Assembly (NCBI GenBank): GCA_008632985.1
Contig: QPGO01000107.1
Span: 62,001 to 126,000 of the forward strand
DNA: 64,000 bases
Direction of reading: 5' to 3'
Origin: Psammoneis japonica
Lineage: Eukaryota
In this document: positions 39,094-49,711 of the stretch, piece by piece
How the letters are laid out: every line of letters begins with the position of its first letter
Numbering within the stretch: the stretch's first letter is position 1
Position numbers and translations under genes: made by a program
The notes under the pieces: model-generated
What the model was told of the DNA's origin: nothing
Database searches by the model: none
The model's input: the letters and a program-made list of their open reading frames with translations, nothing else

Positions 39094-42000
39094 TTTTTGT
39101 CAGGTGCAGTGTCCACAGTCTTGTGGTTTCTGCATTTCAAAGCTGCTTGGAAATTAGCTTCAGAAAAAGCAGCATTGCATTTTGCTGGTGCCCTGTCTTG
39201 GAAGATGCGGTGGACATGTGCCACTGTCTCATGTCTCATCGGGTGCACGACCTTGCACAAAACGGAGTGTTTTCTCTGTGCACTGGTGTTCACCAACGTG
39301 CGGTCCGTGCCAACCCAGTGGACTGGGTTTGCAGGGTTGCCATCAAAATGCAACAGCGCGGCAGTTGTCATTGCAGTTTGATCTGTGTTGACCACTGTCT
39401 CCTTTTGCCATCCCTTGGGGTGGCCTTGCAGAGGATTAAAGTCAACATTGCCATGTTCCCGGACCAGACTCATGAACTCAGCTGCTTCCGGGATGGCCGC
39501 TCCAAAGTTCTCCCAATTGTCACCAAAGATGATTTGGCCAGACAAGCCACTCATGCAATCAATGGGGGCAACAGACATCCAGACTGCAACAGTGGCAATG
39601 CACCCCGCTTTTCACCCTGAATCTTGGACACCAACAATGGGTGAGGTTTCGGGCACTTGGGAAACTTGCAGAAGCATCCCTTGGTGCAGAAACACATCCA
39701 AACACGCTCTTCCTGATCTGATCCTCTCTTCTTGTAGAAAACGGGGCAGGCAGGGAGGCACTTTGCACCCAAAAAGGCAAGCACACCCATCGCCTTGCAG
39801 AGCTTGGCAGTTTCATTGGCCGTTTCCTCCAATGCGTGGCTTCTTGTTGGGAGGTTGAGCAGACTTGGTCACATTGTCCTTCATGCTGCCAGCAGAGGGG
39901 AACACAGAGCTGCCTGGGGGGACAAGGGCGAGTGCAGATGCCTCAGCAAAAGAAAGAGGCTCACCCCGTGTTGTTGCAGTGTTGAGGTCTGCAACGAGGG
40001 ACTTGACCAGAGCTCAAGCATCCTTTGCCATCTGGTGGCTCAGTGGACGCTCGGTTTCAACCACCTGATGGTGCAGTGGAGAGTCCCCAATCTCAAAGTA
40101 AACCTTGATGACAGTCTAGAAATTGTCTGGGATGCCAGCGACCACTGGCTTGGGATCCTTGAGATTCTTGAGCCACGTGCAGCCCGGGTGCAACCAGAGA
40201 ACCTTTGCGCACACATCCAAGGACTTCCACAGCTTGGCATTGTCAAAATCCTTGATCCAACATCCAAAGACACAACAAAAGTTGCACAATGCCAACCACA
40301 AATTGCTGGCAGCATCCACCCTCCCTTGGATGTAAAGGTTGCTTTCCTTCACATCATCGGGGATCTTGCAGTCGGAGCCATCAGCGAGCACCTGATGGAG
40401 CATCCTCCCTTCCTCCTTGAGACTGGCAAAAGAAGATGATGCAGTCCTTGGCAGAAGAAAGGGGAGGATGGACAACTTCATGTGGTGCAAAGCCCAGCTG
40501 TGCTGCAGAGGCTTCTTGGCCACATGAAGCCATGGAAACAATCCATGCAGGCTTTGTTGACGACGGCGCACTTGCAGTGGACCCCAGCATCTAGACTGCC
40601 GTCACCACAGGCTGATGCAACAACAGCCATCTTCACAAGATCTGCAAGGTCACAGTTTGCATTGGCAGCTGATGCATCCTGCAGGATCTTGACTGCTTGG
40701 GGTCTGCAAGCTTGCCCACAATGATCATGGGCAGGTCCTCCGGACCTGTGCCAGCACCAGTTGCTTGGAGCGCACAGAGTGACCAGCGGCAACCAATGTC
40801 ATGCACCCTCAGCTTCTGGTCTGACTCTTTCTTTGAGCCCTGGTGAGGGACATTGATGGTGCAGTTTGGGACCTGACCATTGGTGCCTTGGGCTGGAGCA
40901 CCAAGAGCTTGCACCTGCACAGGCTCTTTGCCACCAAGTTGCTTCCATGTGTCATTTGCAAAGGCATCCATTGTGGCCTTGACTGGAGCATTCCAATCCA
41001 TCAGAGGTTGGAGCATCTGCACATCATTGTCATCAAGATCACAGATCTCAAGACCTGCAAACTCATCAATGACAGCAAAGACATTCTGCTCAAACATGGG
41101 GCTGCCTTCCGTGATGGAGAGACAGAAGCGTTGTGCTGCAGCAACCAGGCCATGCCCTTGGCCCAAACCGCTCTGAGCAGAAAGTCAGTGGCAAGGGATG
41201 CTGGGGGTTTGCTGGGTCAAAGTCAACAGGAAGGGTGATGCCTGTTGGGATTGGCAAGAACATTGGGAGTGCAACAACAGCAGGGTGCTCGGCCCGTCCA
41301 GTGGGATTCCCAAAGTGGAGACAACCCATCAACGCCGGCTCATTGTTGCCGTCATTGCTGACAGGACCGTCAATTTTGTCAGGGCTCAGTTTGCACTTGG
41401 GCAGGTGTTGCCAACAGGACCATGGCCTTGGAAATGAGTCCAGCGGCCAGACATTGGGATGACCTCACCAACTGCATCTGAGAGGCTCCCGATCCACCTC
41501 AGACTCCCATCAGTGTGCTGCCTGGGGTGAGGTTTTGCCACAACTGCAATCTTGCAATTGCAGACCATGTAGAAAAGGTCTGAGGTTGCAAAGACATGGT
41601 CACGAAGCTCCTTCTGGGTGTCATGGTGGACCGTCATTGAGACAGACTCGATCACACCCGTGGAGGAGGGCAAAGTGGCAGAGTGCCACTTCACAGCAGA
41701 CAGCTTGCCACGGTTGATGGCAGCAACATGGGCTTGGCTCATGGTGGAACAACAGGACATCAGAAAACCAAAGGCTTGTCAAATCTCTAAAAAGGAAAAG
41801 TGAGAACAATCACACTGGAAAGCAAAGGACACCAGCATGTGAAAATTGCTCGGGAAGGACAAGCGCTGGCTGATGTCATGTCAGTTCCGCAAACGCAACC
41901 CTCTCCAATTCCTGTGCTTGTCCAATGCACAAAAACAAAAAAGAGTCCAAGTTTCATTCCCACATCATGGGTCCATTTCCTTCACCATTTGTCATCGTGA

Positions 42001-42849
42001 TGGTGCGCATTTCACAAGAAGAACAAGAAAACCCCAAAAATGTGGTGGCAAATTTTGTTTTGACTGAACCCTCCCGGGAACGCATGTGTGCGCATGCAAT
42101 TGACATTGGCCAGACAGAGCTGGCAGCTCCAATCCAATGCAGCACATGAGCACATGAATCTGGATGTCCTGTGTCCCCAAGAGAGGGAAAAATTGGACAC
42201 ACCGAGAGGAAAGGTGATGACCATGGGCTGCAAAGCGGCAAAACGAGGGGCTTGACATGGGAGTTGAAGAACGAGCAACAAATGAACTGAAAAGCCATGC
42301 TGACATTGCCCATGTGAGACTTCAATGGCACTTAGACCACACACACCATTGAAAGGTGTGGCAAAACAGGCCAGAGTGTGAGACAATCCTCGGCCGTCGA
42401 AGCGGCGCCTGACGTGTTCCAGTCCCAGGTGACACACAAAATGACCATCCATTTTGAACACAAATGATTTGTCTCTCATGTGTGTGGCATTTGAATGTAA
42501 AACACTTGGGTGGATGGGCTTTTACAGGCACTTGGAGTGTGAACACACAAACAGTTTTTTCGTTGGTGTTCAATTCCTCATGGGACATGTGTCACAAACT
42601 CCCTCTGAAGACTGAATGCTGGCTGATTGTACGACAGCACATTGGACACTGATTTTCGGTTGCAGGTGGAACACCCACCAGAAGGTCTTGTAGAAAAATC
42701 ATTTAATTTGACACTCAAATGATGGCAACATTTTTGCCGAAAATCATCCGTTGTGTTGCAATTCGTTTGTCGCAATGAAAAACATTGTGAACAGCGTGAA
42801 AACAATGACATTGCAACACTGATGTGAGTCTTGTTGGTGTTGCAAAACA

Positions 42850-44260
42850 TTCAATTTTGGATGGATCTATTGGTTCCTCCTGTCTCAGGTGGAACTCTCC
42901 ACATCAAAGTTTGAAGCCGAAAGATTTTGGATTGCCGCCCTCGCTGCTGTCAGAAAATAGAGGCATGACGATTGCTTGCACCAATCATTTTGCTGCATTT
43001 TTCATCTAAGTGAGTTTTGCGCCGGGCGTCCGAATTAATTGTGACATGTGACGGTTGTTTTTTTTGAAACAGGGTGCCACAGCATGCACTTCTGCGCAAC
43101 TCATGCGACCTGACTAATTTGCGTTGGGGCCAGAGCAGTGCGTGGTGCTGGTTGTTTTCCTTCTGACCGTTCTGTCTTCTGTGAGGTTTCATGAGTTCAT
43201 CTGTGCACATTGATGTTGTCTAATTTGAGGTGCAGCGGCTTAATTGAAAGTCCAAGTGTGCAAAATTTACGCATTTTTACAGTTGTCTTTGCCAAACATT
43301 TAAGTTGTAACTTGCGCCCATTCCATTGTTTCTGTCCATGCTTGTTCCATGGGATCCTTGCTTGCTCCTTCTCCTGACCAGTGCCAGCGACCACCCCGCT
43401 TCGAAAGCCTCAACGGCGGTCTTGAAAATTTTGTTGGTCTGCGGCGTCGAGTCTGGGATGCCCCTCTTGCCGACTTCCATGCGGCACCTCCACACCCACT
43501 TGCAGTGTTCGCCGTGGGCATTGGCAATGGCTTCAGGGTTGCTCCTGATGCACCCCAGTTCTCCCAGCGCGGGGTGCCAGAGGTCGGGATGATTCGACGC
43601 ATCCTTCATCATGCACATGGCCTCCTGGAAATTTTCGGATTTTTTGTGCCGCCACAACCAGCCCCACAAATCGAGTGACGGATCGTTTGGGTCTGGATGT
43701 TGCTTTTCCACCTCTTCTTCCTCTTCCTCTTCCTCCATTGCTTTCGTGGCCACTTTGGCCGCAGGCTTGGCTGCCTCCTTGCTTTTGCTGCCGTAAAGAG
43801 CCAGGACCTCTGGTTTCAGGACGGTGGCCTGTCCACCCAAAACCTCGATCTTGCAACCAGCCAAAATGAGCTGCTTGGCGGTGTGACCCAGCTGCTGTGC
43901 TTGTTCTTTCAAACCACAAATTTGAAAGGTTGGCTCCGGCAGCACGGCTTTCTCCCTGTTTTCACTTTGGGGCTGTGCCGGCTTCTCCAAAATCCTTTCG
44001 CGTTCGGACTCGGCGGACACACCCTTGGCACTTCCTGCGGCGCCAAGTGCAGTCATGGCCACTGCCGCTGCAGTCATGCCTTCGGTGCCCGTGGGTTCTG
44101 CCGCAACTTCCGGAGCTGTCACGTCCTCTGCTTTGACAGATGGAGTGATGTTCTCCTCTGCCATTCTGCTGTTTCTAAAGCAACAACAATGACGTCGTGA
44201 TGACGAGGCGGCATGCTTGCTGCTGTGTGCTGTGTTCCAGGCATTGACGATCCCCATCCT
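42850..44260 (-). mobile_element. Insertion related to the 2694-3718 repeat tail, nested in the Ngaro-like element; ORF 43277-44257 of unknown function
   Basis: Reverse-complement homology to 3140-3715; both encode ...KHGQKQW; CpG retained, unlike the flanking DNA. Confidence 0.65.
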
Positions 44261-45737
44261 TCTACGTGCGTAAATGCATCACACCTTGCACCGAATTCGA
44301 CGTGCGCAATGCACCCTGCCGCTCCCGAGTTGCTCAACGGCCCGCCTCTGCTGCTTGTCGCGTGACAGCGCACGCCCTCACTGCTGGTGCATGGCATGTC
44401 TGCACCTGCATGCGTCGTCTGCACTGCATGCTGCGGCACCACAGCGCCACATCAAAACTTCGTTGATGTTTGTTTTTTGCTTTCTTTTCCTTTTCTCTTC
44501 TTCTTCTGGCTGGGAGGAACTGCTTGATGGCCTGGGTGTGCTTTTGGTGGTGAAAGCTTGTTTGTGAGTGAGAGACTGCGCAAAAATTGCACAAATGTCA
44601 TTTTTGTGCACGATTTGGGTCGCGTGTGGCTGGAACACATCCCCTGCTGTGAGCGGACCCAATCAGGATTTAGAGCAATGCCCACATGACATGGCGCCAA
44701 AATGGCATGACCGCAGTCAGCACAAATGGAAGAAAGGTGGGAGGTGCATCCACAGGATGGTGTGCTGAAATGGCGTGGTGACAACAGCGCCAATGCACGA
44801 GAGACTCCCGGCTGCAAAAGCAGACCACGTTGGGGATTTCTGATGTAGACTGACAGGGGGAGAGAAGAAACCATTCGATTTTCATCATTGGCATCTCCCA
44901 GGAGACGGCTCCGACAGCACCATGGTGTGTCCCACCCTGCCAGACAATGAGGGATCCCTTTGGCTGGCCTCGTTCCCGCGCCCGCTCGTCTCGTCTGTCA
45001 TCCGTCCTTCAACCCATTTCGCTCCTGCATTTGTGCGGTGGCCTCTCGGTCCAGTCAAGGAGGTCCTCTCCTTGCTGGGTTTAGAGGAGGAGTCTTGGCT
45101 GTGAAATGCCTCTCGCACAAAGCACGCAGAATTGCACGGCGAAGGCATTCTGCGAAAAGACAGCGCGGGGTTTGCCCTTCAGCTCTTTGGGGGAAGTCTC
45201 CAGCCAGCCAGCTGCTGGCTGAAAAAAGTCTGCTCGTCAGTGCGTTTGGGGGGTTTGCCAGTGGAATTTTCACGCACGCAAAAGACGATGAGTCTGTCCA
45301 GCGTTCACCAAAACCCCCTAACGCACAGATTGACAGACTCTTTCAGCACAAATTCTGCACAAGATCACCCCTGAGCAGGAGGGTTCTCGTGTCAGTTGGT
45401 TGGGTGTGCAGTGCTTGGTTGATTGCATGCAATGGTTCGAATTGTCTGGCATTTCATGCACAATCATGTTGACAATTTATCTTCGTAAATGTGTCCAATG
45501 TGACGAAGACAAGATACGAGCACGCCCAACTCCTTTTTCAGATTCACCCCTCTGCGCAATTCACACGGCCAAATGTTTGCGCATTGCTGTTTGAGGTAAA
45601 AATGTCACAGGGTTTGAGAGAGAGAGGTGTTTCTCTTTTTTTTTTTTTCTTCGACAACAACCTTCCGGGTTCCTCTCAATGGTCACGTGGAATCGCACAC
45701 AAAACAAGCACTAGAATTTACAATCGAGGATCAAAAC

Positions 45738-48329
45738 ATGCCGCTGTCAACCATGGCGAAGAACCGCCGCTCCGCTGCCAAGCGGCCCGCAACCAACCAA
45801 CCAGAACACAACAGTCGTGCTTCTAGTCGAGGTGCAAAGCGTTCTGCCTCCAAATTGGACTTTTCTGATCCTGAAGAGGACTCACAAAGCCCGCGAGAAG
45901 CCGAGGAGCCGCAGCCTCAGAAACTTGTCATTCACTTCAACAAAACCGTGTTTGTTCCAAGCAAAAAGGGATCATCCAAAGAACCAAAGCCAAAACTCTC
46001 CGAATTCAAGTTTGAAACTTTGAAGCCGAGTCGTCAGTTTGACACAGCTGCATCATTCACCGAGGAAACAGTGCCCCCCATCACTGCGCACATTGAAGCC
46101 GATGGTTGCTCCGCTTGCGACGAGCTTCCCGGCGGTGCATTCATGTTCACGAGATGCACCGGGAGGAAGACTGATTCCAACCGAGCAATGATGAAGGTAG
46201 AGGTTGTTGATTCAGATGCAAAGTGGTTTGAGAAAATCCATTTGGCAGCTCAAGAGTGTCAAGAGGAGCTGGACGGACCGCTGCATTGCGAAATCGACAT
46301 TGTTGCTGTGGCAGTGGAGGCCATTGCAGCTGAGGGTTCCAATGCATCTGGCTCATCCGTGGACTCTAATCTGTTGGAAGTTCCAAATGCACCAGAGATG
46401 CCGCTGAAGCTTTTGATGTCTTTCTTGGAGCCTGCTCAGAAAGACCCGAACGACTCTGCTCGTGTCACCTCAAAGACAACTCCGATTTGCGACGCAGAGT
46501 GCGATCTTTCGCGTTTCAAGCCAAACGGATCAGTGAGCACAAACCAAGATCTCTCTACATTCAAACTGCTTCATCTGAACAATCATGCCTGCCACCCATT
46601 CTCTTTTGTCATGCAGAGAAGTGAGGAGGACATGTCCCAGCTCTCGCACTCGGACCGCGATGACGACGACGACGACGAAACAGAGACTTTCACGTTGACA
46701 AGGTTTTTTCGTGATGTGGTCGAGCTTGCTGCATCAAATCCTAAACTGCAGAAGCACTGTGGGTGGGACAAGAGTGCGGTTGGGGAAGACTCCAAGTTGT
46801 GGTTCGCAAAGAACCACAGCTCGTCCGACCTGCAACTGTTCAACAATGGGGGGGAGGCCATGGAGTGCTTTCGTTCAGAAGCAGGCATCAAAAAACGAAT
46901 CAAGGCAGTCAAGAAAGAGAAATGCCTCAAGATCCGTCTCGCAATTGGTCTCATGAACGAACAAGACATCCCTCTCGAGCACGACAAGTTCCGCGTGGAT
47001 CCTCCATCATGCTCACAACCTGAATCGCAAGATGGCGAACCCCATCCAACTTTTTTGCCCGGAACAAAAATTGCACCACAAAGGGAATCGCAGCAGTCGA
47101 AAGACAGGCCGGTTGTCATTTCCACCTTCATTGAAAGTCCACAAGGAGACGCCGAGAGTCCGGCTCAACACGGAATGCTGAAGGAGCATGGGGACATGTT
47201 GTTCACCTGTTTTGCACATCCTTCACGGTTTAAAGAAGTTGAATCTGCAAAGTTGGAAGATTGTCCAGCTGACAAACTCAACAGAATTGTTCTTGGAGAC
47301 AGGCACAGCATCAAGAATTGTGGGGGTGTTCCAATCGAGAAGGGCAAATTCAAGAAGCGATGTGGAAAGTTTGTCACGCTGGCGGAACACAAACATGAGA
47401 ACCCGGACGAGACGGACACAAGAGGAGTGGCAGGAGGAGAGACAGGAGGATTGACAGGAGATGTGGCTGCACCATCTGTTCTTGGTCAATTCTTGTCTAA
47501 TCAACAATTGTTGCAGCTGGGCAGAGCGAATGTTCCAGTTGCACCTGCTCCTCAAGCTTCTGCTCCAGCTGCACCGGGGTGCCCAACTGAGTTGGTTGTC
47601 AAGCTCAAGCAAATGAAGCACCGCAATCGGCAAGACTTTCTTGTTCTCAATGAGGAACAGGCGAACACTGCGATGATCAACGATTTGCTTTCCATGCTTG
47701 AAGAAGAGAGCGAACCATTTGAGTTAGACCAGCACATTGAAGGCGAAGCGTGTTCAAAATTCTTTCTTCAAGTTGAAGGTGACGATGAACCTGTTTTGAT
47801 TGGGAAAGACAAAACAAATTCTTGGTCCATCTCGAAACTCCGGCGAGTTTTCAAATTGAAGGAATCATTTGATTTGTTGGCAGAGTTTGGTTCGGCACCA
47901 GCGAAAGACAAGCCACGCTTCCGCTTCAATCGCAAGACACTTTTAGAAGAACAGACATTGGGGACTCATCTTTTGCTGGTGCAGTGGCGAAATTGCTGCT
48001 CTGGACACTGCTCGAGACCAGATGTTTGCCAATCAAGTTGTCACCACTCAAAACTGGCTAGAGTGCGCCACTCGATGCGATGCGATAACACAAGCAGAGA
48101 CCATGCTAGACTTGACCACCCAACAGACCACACGACACAACTAGCTGGAGACTGGCCAGACCACACTGCTCGATGCGACACCACTGGAGACTGGACTGTG
48201 CTGCAGGAGACGACAGCACTCAAGATTGGATGTTCACTTCTTGGGCAATCAACCTTGAACACTCTAATTCTCCATCCCCGGCACCCCGCATTTTCGAAAG
48301 TGCTTCGCTGCTGTGTTGGGAGTCACTGA
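45738..48329 (+). CDS. Unknown transposon-borne protein; the true end is probably near 47950, with read-through after stop loss
   Basis: Long ORF with no Tyr and acidic/basic low-complexity tracts; no recognisable domain. Confidence 0.55.
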   Translation: MPLSTMAKNRRSAAKRPATNQPEHNSRASSRGAKRSASKLDFSDPEEDSQSPREAEEPQPQKLVIHFNKTVFVPSKKGSSKEPKPKLSEFKFETLKPSRQFDTAASFTEETVPPITAHIEADGCSACDELPGGAFMFTRCTGRKTDSNRAMMKVEVVDSDAKWFEKIHLAAQECQEELDGPLHCEIDIVAVAVEAIAAEGSNASGSSVDSNLLEVPNAPEMPLKLLMSFLEPAQKDPNDSARVTSKTTPICDAECDLSRFKPNGSVSTNQDLSTFKLLHLNNHACHPFSFVMQRSEEDMSQLSHSDRDDDDDDETETFTLTRFFRDVVELAASNPKLQKHCGWDKSAVGEDSKLWFAKNHSSSDLQLFNNGGEAMECFRSEAGIKKRIKAVKKEKCLKIRLAIGLMNEQDIPLEHDKFRVDPPSCSQPESQDGEPHPTFLPGTKIAPQRESQQSKDRPVVISTFIESPQGDAESPAQHGMLKEHGDMLFTCFAHPSRFKEVESAKLEDCPADKLNRIVLGDRHSIKNCGGVPIEKGKFKKRCGKFVTLAEHKHENPDETDTRGVAGGETGGLTGDVAAPSVLGQFLSNQQLLQLGRANVPVAPAPQASAPAAPGCPTELVVKLKQMKHRNRQDFLVLNEEQANTAMINDLLSMLEEESEPFELDQHIEGEACSKFFLQVEGDDEPVLIGKDKTNSWSISKLRRVFKLKESFDLLAEFGSAPAKDKPRFRFNRKTLLEEQTLGTHLLLVQWRNCCSGHCSRPDVCQSSCHHSKLARVRHSMRCDNTSRDHARLDHPTDHTTQLAGDWPDHTARCDTTGDWTVLQETTALKIGCSLLGQSTLNTLILHPRHPAFSKVLRCCVGSH

Positions 48330-49415
48330 AAGCAACGCCCCACAGTGCAAGTCTTGCCAATCCGCCTGATGACCCTCAAGTTGTCCATGGCGACGGAGGT
48401 GTGCTTCACACACTGAAAACATTTTTTCAATTGGATTGAGGTCGGGACTGCAGGGTGCAGTGTACAGCAACCTCGCGTTCTTCTTTTTCTCTGTCAATCG
48501 TTTGATGCGATGGTCAAAGTGCGTCGATGCGTTGTCCATCACTGCCACCGAATTTTTCTCTCCTTTTTCACAGTCACCCAGCTGTGGTGCCAAATGTGTT
48601 TCTGCCCATTCACAAAATCGGTCTGAGTCCACAGTTCCTGCTGCTCCCTCATCACTGACATTGTCTCTCCTGACGGTGTCACAAGCTTCAACAACAAACC
48701 CATTGATGTTGCAAGCTGCAAGGCATGTGTGGCACACTGCATCCTGGAACCATTTCTTCAAAACAAGGTCTTCGTTGCGCACCCCCCAAGCCCGATGGCG
48801 TCCAGCAGCATTCTTGTCTTTGTGTGTCTCGTCGCAAAAGATCACTTGACATGGGTCGAAAACAAAAAGTGCCAAAGCCACCTTGTGCTCATGTCGGAGT
48901 CGCTCGTTTCTCTCCCTTGCAACGGCAGCGTGTGTCTTTAGAGAGTGTCCCAATTTGTCATGAAGGGCTCTCCAGACAGTGGACGGATGAAACAGAGTCC
49001 CAGCTTCAACGCACAGATCGTGGACAAACTCATCAAGATGATGCTCAGGATTGCGCTCAAGAATCTTTCGAAGGGCTTCGACGTGCCTTGGACGAAAGTG
49101 CCGCCCTCCTTGCCAAGCCCCAGCGGACCGTCTCAAAAGTCTTTTCCACTCTCGTGACGTGTCGAATGGCAGTTCTCCATAAAAGAGACAGTGCTTGTGC
49201 CAACGCCGGAGTTGACGTGCACCAGTGCGAAACATCCTTGCGCCCTGCCTCAGCACGGCGGCGAGGCTTGCCGTGCCTGCCATCAGTTGGACCTGATCAA
49301 CAACGCATGCAGTGGCATCTCTTTGAGTCGTTCGGGATGCCTTTCCAAAAGCAAGCCCTGCTAGAGAGAGCAATGTGATGAAAAACGCGAACAAACGGAC
49401 CGGCTTCATTGCCAT
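48264..49415 (-). CDS. IS630/Tc1-like DDE transposase (DD35E), hypermutated
   Basis: HLDE...STVWRAL HTH, FCDET, VMDNASTH, APCSPDLNPIEKMF (=PYSPDLNPIE); 35 residues between the second D and E. Confidence 0.9.
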   Translation of the reverse strand: MAMKPVRLFAFFITLLSLAGLAFGKASRTTQRDATACVVDQVQLMAGTASLAAVLRQGARMFRTGARQLRRWHKHCLFYGELPFDTSREWKRLLRRSAGAWQGGRHFRPRHVEALRKILERNPEHHLDEFVHDLCVEAGTLFHPSTVWRALHDKLGHSLKTHAAVARERNERLRHEHKVALALFVFDPCQVIFCDETHKDKNAAGRHRAWGVRNEDLVLKKWFQDAVCHTCLAACNINGFVVEACDTVRRDNVSDEGAAGTVDSDRFCEWAETHLAPQLGDCEKGEKNSVAVMDNASTHFDHRIKRLTEKKKNARLLYTAPCSPDLNPIEKMFSVCEAHLRRHGQLEGHQADWQDLHCGALLSVTPNTAAKHFRKCGVPGMEN

Positions 49416-49711
49416 TGTTTCTGATCTTGTGGTGGCTGTTTCTCAAAATCTAGCACTTATTTTGTGTACGATTCTACGTGACTATTGAGAGGAACCCGGA
49501 AGGTTGTTGTCGAAGAAAAAAAAAAAAAAGAGAAACACCTCTCTCTCTCGAACCCTGTGACATTTTTCCCTCAAACAGCAATAGAGGCCCCTGCTCAGGG
49601 GTGACACAAGATTCTTCAGCCAGCAGCTGGCTGGAGACTTCCCCCTCCCCAGCCACATTGCTGCCTGCTCGCTCGTCGCATTTCGTGATTCGTTGCTCGC
49701 CGCTGTTGCTC

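Larger units (their letters stand above)
35065..45100 (-). mobile_element. Ngaro/PAT-like tyrosine-recombinase retrotransposon with split direct repeats (A1...B1-A2-B2), degenerate
   Basis: A1 44856-45100 matches A2 35316-35551; B1 35553-35804 matches B2 35065-35314. RT motifs DVSGAF, TFG...PSNW, HVDN (=YVDD); RNase H TDAS at ~36850; YR motifs HSLH.G and RW.SDAF..CLR at 36150-36270. Confidence 0.85.
45366..49603. mobile_element. DNA transposon with bipartite TIRs, 9-bp TSD and two convergent ORFs
   Basis: Termini cacccctgagcagg / cctgctcaggggtg; inner IR 45583-45715 vs 49449-49582; TSD gcacaagat (45357-45365) / acacaagat (49604-49612). Confidence 0.9.
45189..49645. mobile_element. Second copy of the 4236-4443 MITE, split by a 4.2-kb insertion
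   Basis: Left part 45189-45365 and right part 49604-49645 together reconstruct the MITE. Confidence 0.9.

Noticed and set aside
31750..42600. Classical RIP or simple CpG decay as the sole explanation
   Set aside because: C->T changes cannot remove TA (RIP creates it), and copy pairs show TA as the ancestral state.
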